A program made the position numbers and the translations under genes. 64,000 bases of DNA from Octopus sinensis (taxonomy: Eukaryota): assembly GCF_006345805.1 (NCBI RefSeq), contig NC_043007.1, positions 73,842,001-73,906,000 of the forward strand. The letters run 5' to 3'. Of the stretch, positions 62,905 to 64,000 are shown one piece after another. The notes beneath the pieces were generated by a model. It ran no database searches. It was not told the origin of the DNA and saw only the letters and a program-made list of their open reading frames with translations. How positions within the stretch are numbered: position 1 is the first letter of the stretch; each line of letters starts with the position of its first letter.

Positions 62905-63314
62905 CTCTTTACTCTTTACTCTTTTACTCTTTTACTTGTTTCAGTCATTTGACTGCGGCCATGCTGGAGCACCACCTTTAGTTGAGCAAATCGACCCCGG
63001 GACTTATTCTTTGTAAGCCCAGTACTTATTCTATCAGTCTCTTTTGCCGAACCGCTAAGTGACGGGGACGTAAACACACCAGCATCTGTTGTCAAGCAAT
63101 GCTAGGGAGACAAACACAGACACACAAACACACACATACATATACATATATACGACAGGCTTCTTTCAGTTTCCGTCTACCAAATCCACTCACAAGGCTT
63201 TGGTCGGCCCGAGGCTATAGTAGAAGACACTTGCCCAAGGTGCCACGCAGTGGGACTGAATCCGGAACCATGTGGTTGTTAAGCAAGTTACTTACCACAC
63301 AGCCACTCCTGCGC
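62905..63314 (-). mobile_element. SINE family A, full-length young copy
   Basis: Near-identical inverted copy of 61392-61815. Confidence 0.92.
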
Positions 63315-63404
63315 TATAAATGTTTTGTTAACAGGTAAATCAATTTGTGGAGTTAAAATATTTTAATGAAAATAATATGTTGATGTTTAACCTGAGACAT
63401 CTTT

Positions 63405-63745
63405 AATCTTTTATTTGTTTTAGTCATCAGACTGCAGCCATGCCTTGAAGAATCGATCCCAGTACTTATTATTTTCTAAGCCTGCTACTTATTCTATCGT
63501 TTTTTTTTTTTTTTGTTGGATCGCATATTTATGGGGGATACAAATACACCAACGCCGGTTGTCAAGCGGTAAATGGAGGGATAAACACAGACACAAAGAC
63601 ATACACACATATATATATATACATCTACCAAATCCACTCACAAGTTTTTGGTCAGCTTGAGGCTATAGTAGTAGACATCTGTCCAAGGTACCGCGCTGTG
63701 GGACTGAACCCGGAACTGTGCGGTTGGGAAACAAACTTCTTATCA
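63405..63745 (-). mobile_element. SINE family A, diverged copy
   Basis: ccaaatccactcacaag...gtgggactgaacccggaac on the + strand. Confidence 0.8.
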
Positions 63746-63757
63746 TACACACATACA

Positions 63758-63790
<33 letters not shown>

Positions 63791-64000
63791 ACACACAACA
63801 CACACACACACCACACACACACACACACCACACACACACACACACAACACACACACACACACACACTCATAAATGCAACGCACCCTGGCATTTATTTACA
63901 GTAAGTTATATATCTACAGCGGTTGGATAAAATAATGGAAACACCTTAAGATTTCAAGCAAATTTATTTTAATATTGGGTAGGATCACCTTTGGCAGTAA

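Overview
This is AT-rich, microsatellite-dense animal genomic DNA. The SINE, RTE and microsatellite content resembles an octopod cephalopod, which is inferred from repeat content only. One protein-coding gene is well supported: a two-exon + strand ORF (22846-23051 spliced in phase to 26674-27616, 382 aa). It encodes a type II membrane protein with a glycosyltransferase-like (GT-A type) catalytic domain. The rest is mostly mobile DNA: a 5'-truncated RTE LINE, an R4/Dong LINE plus a second fragment, two mariner relics, several tRNA-derived SINE families, TTAA (piggyBac-type) and other MITEs, and two 5S rRNA-derived fragments. The most notable unannotated signal is a set of at least four unrelated small non-coding elements at about 14.0/14.3, 24.2, 38.7 and 56.7 kb, plus a probable truncated one at 46.6 kb. 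Each carries a minimal type I hammerhead-ribozyme fold with a palindromic stem III and ends in a (TA)n tract, which is Penelope/retrozyme-like architecture. The window also shows a CpG-decay boundary near 35.5 kb and many local fold-back inversions. Repeat boundaries were read by eye and are approximate unless exact motifs are quoted. Most ORFs in the supplied track are microsatellite or SINE artefacts.
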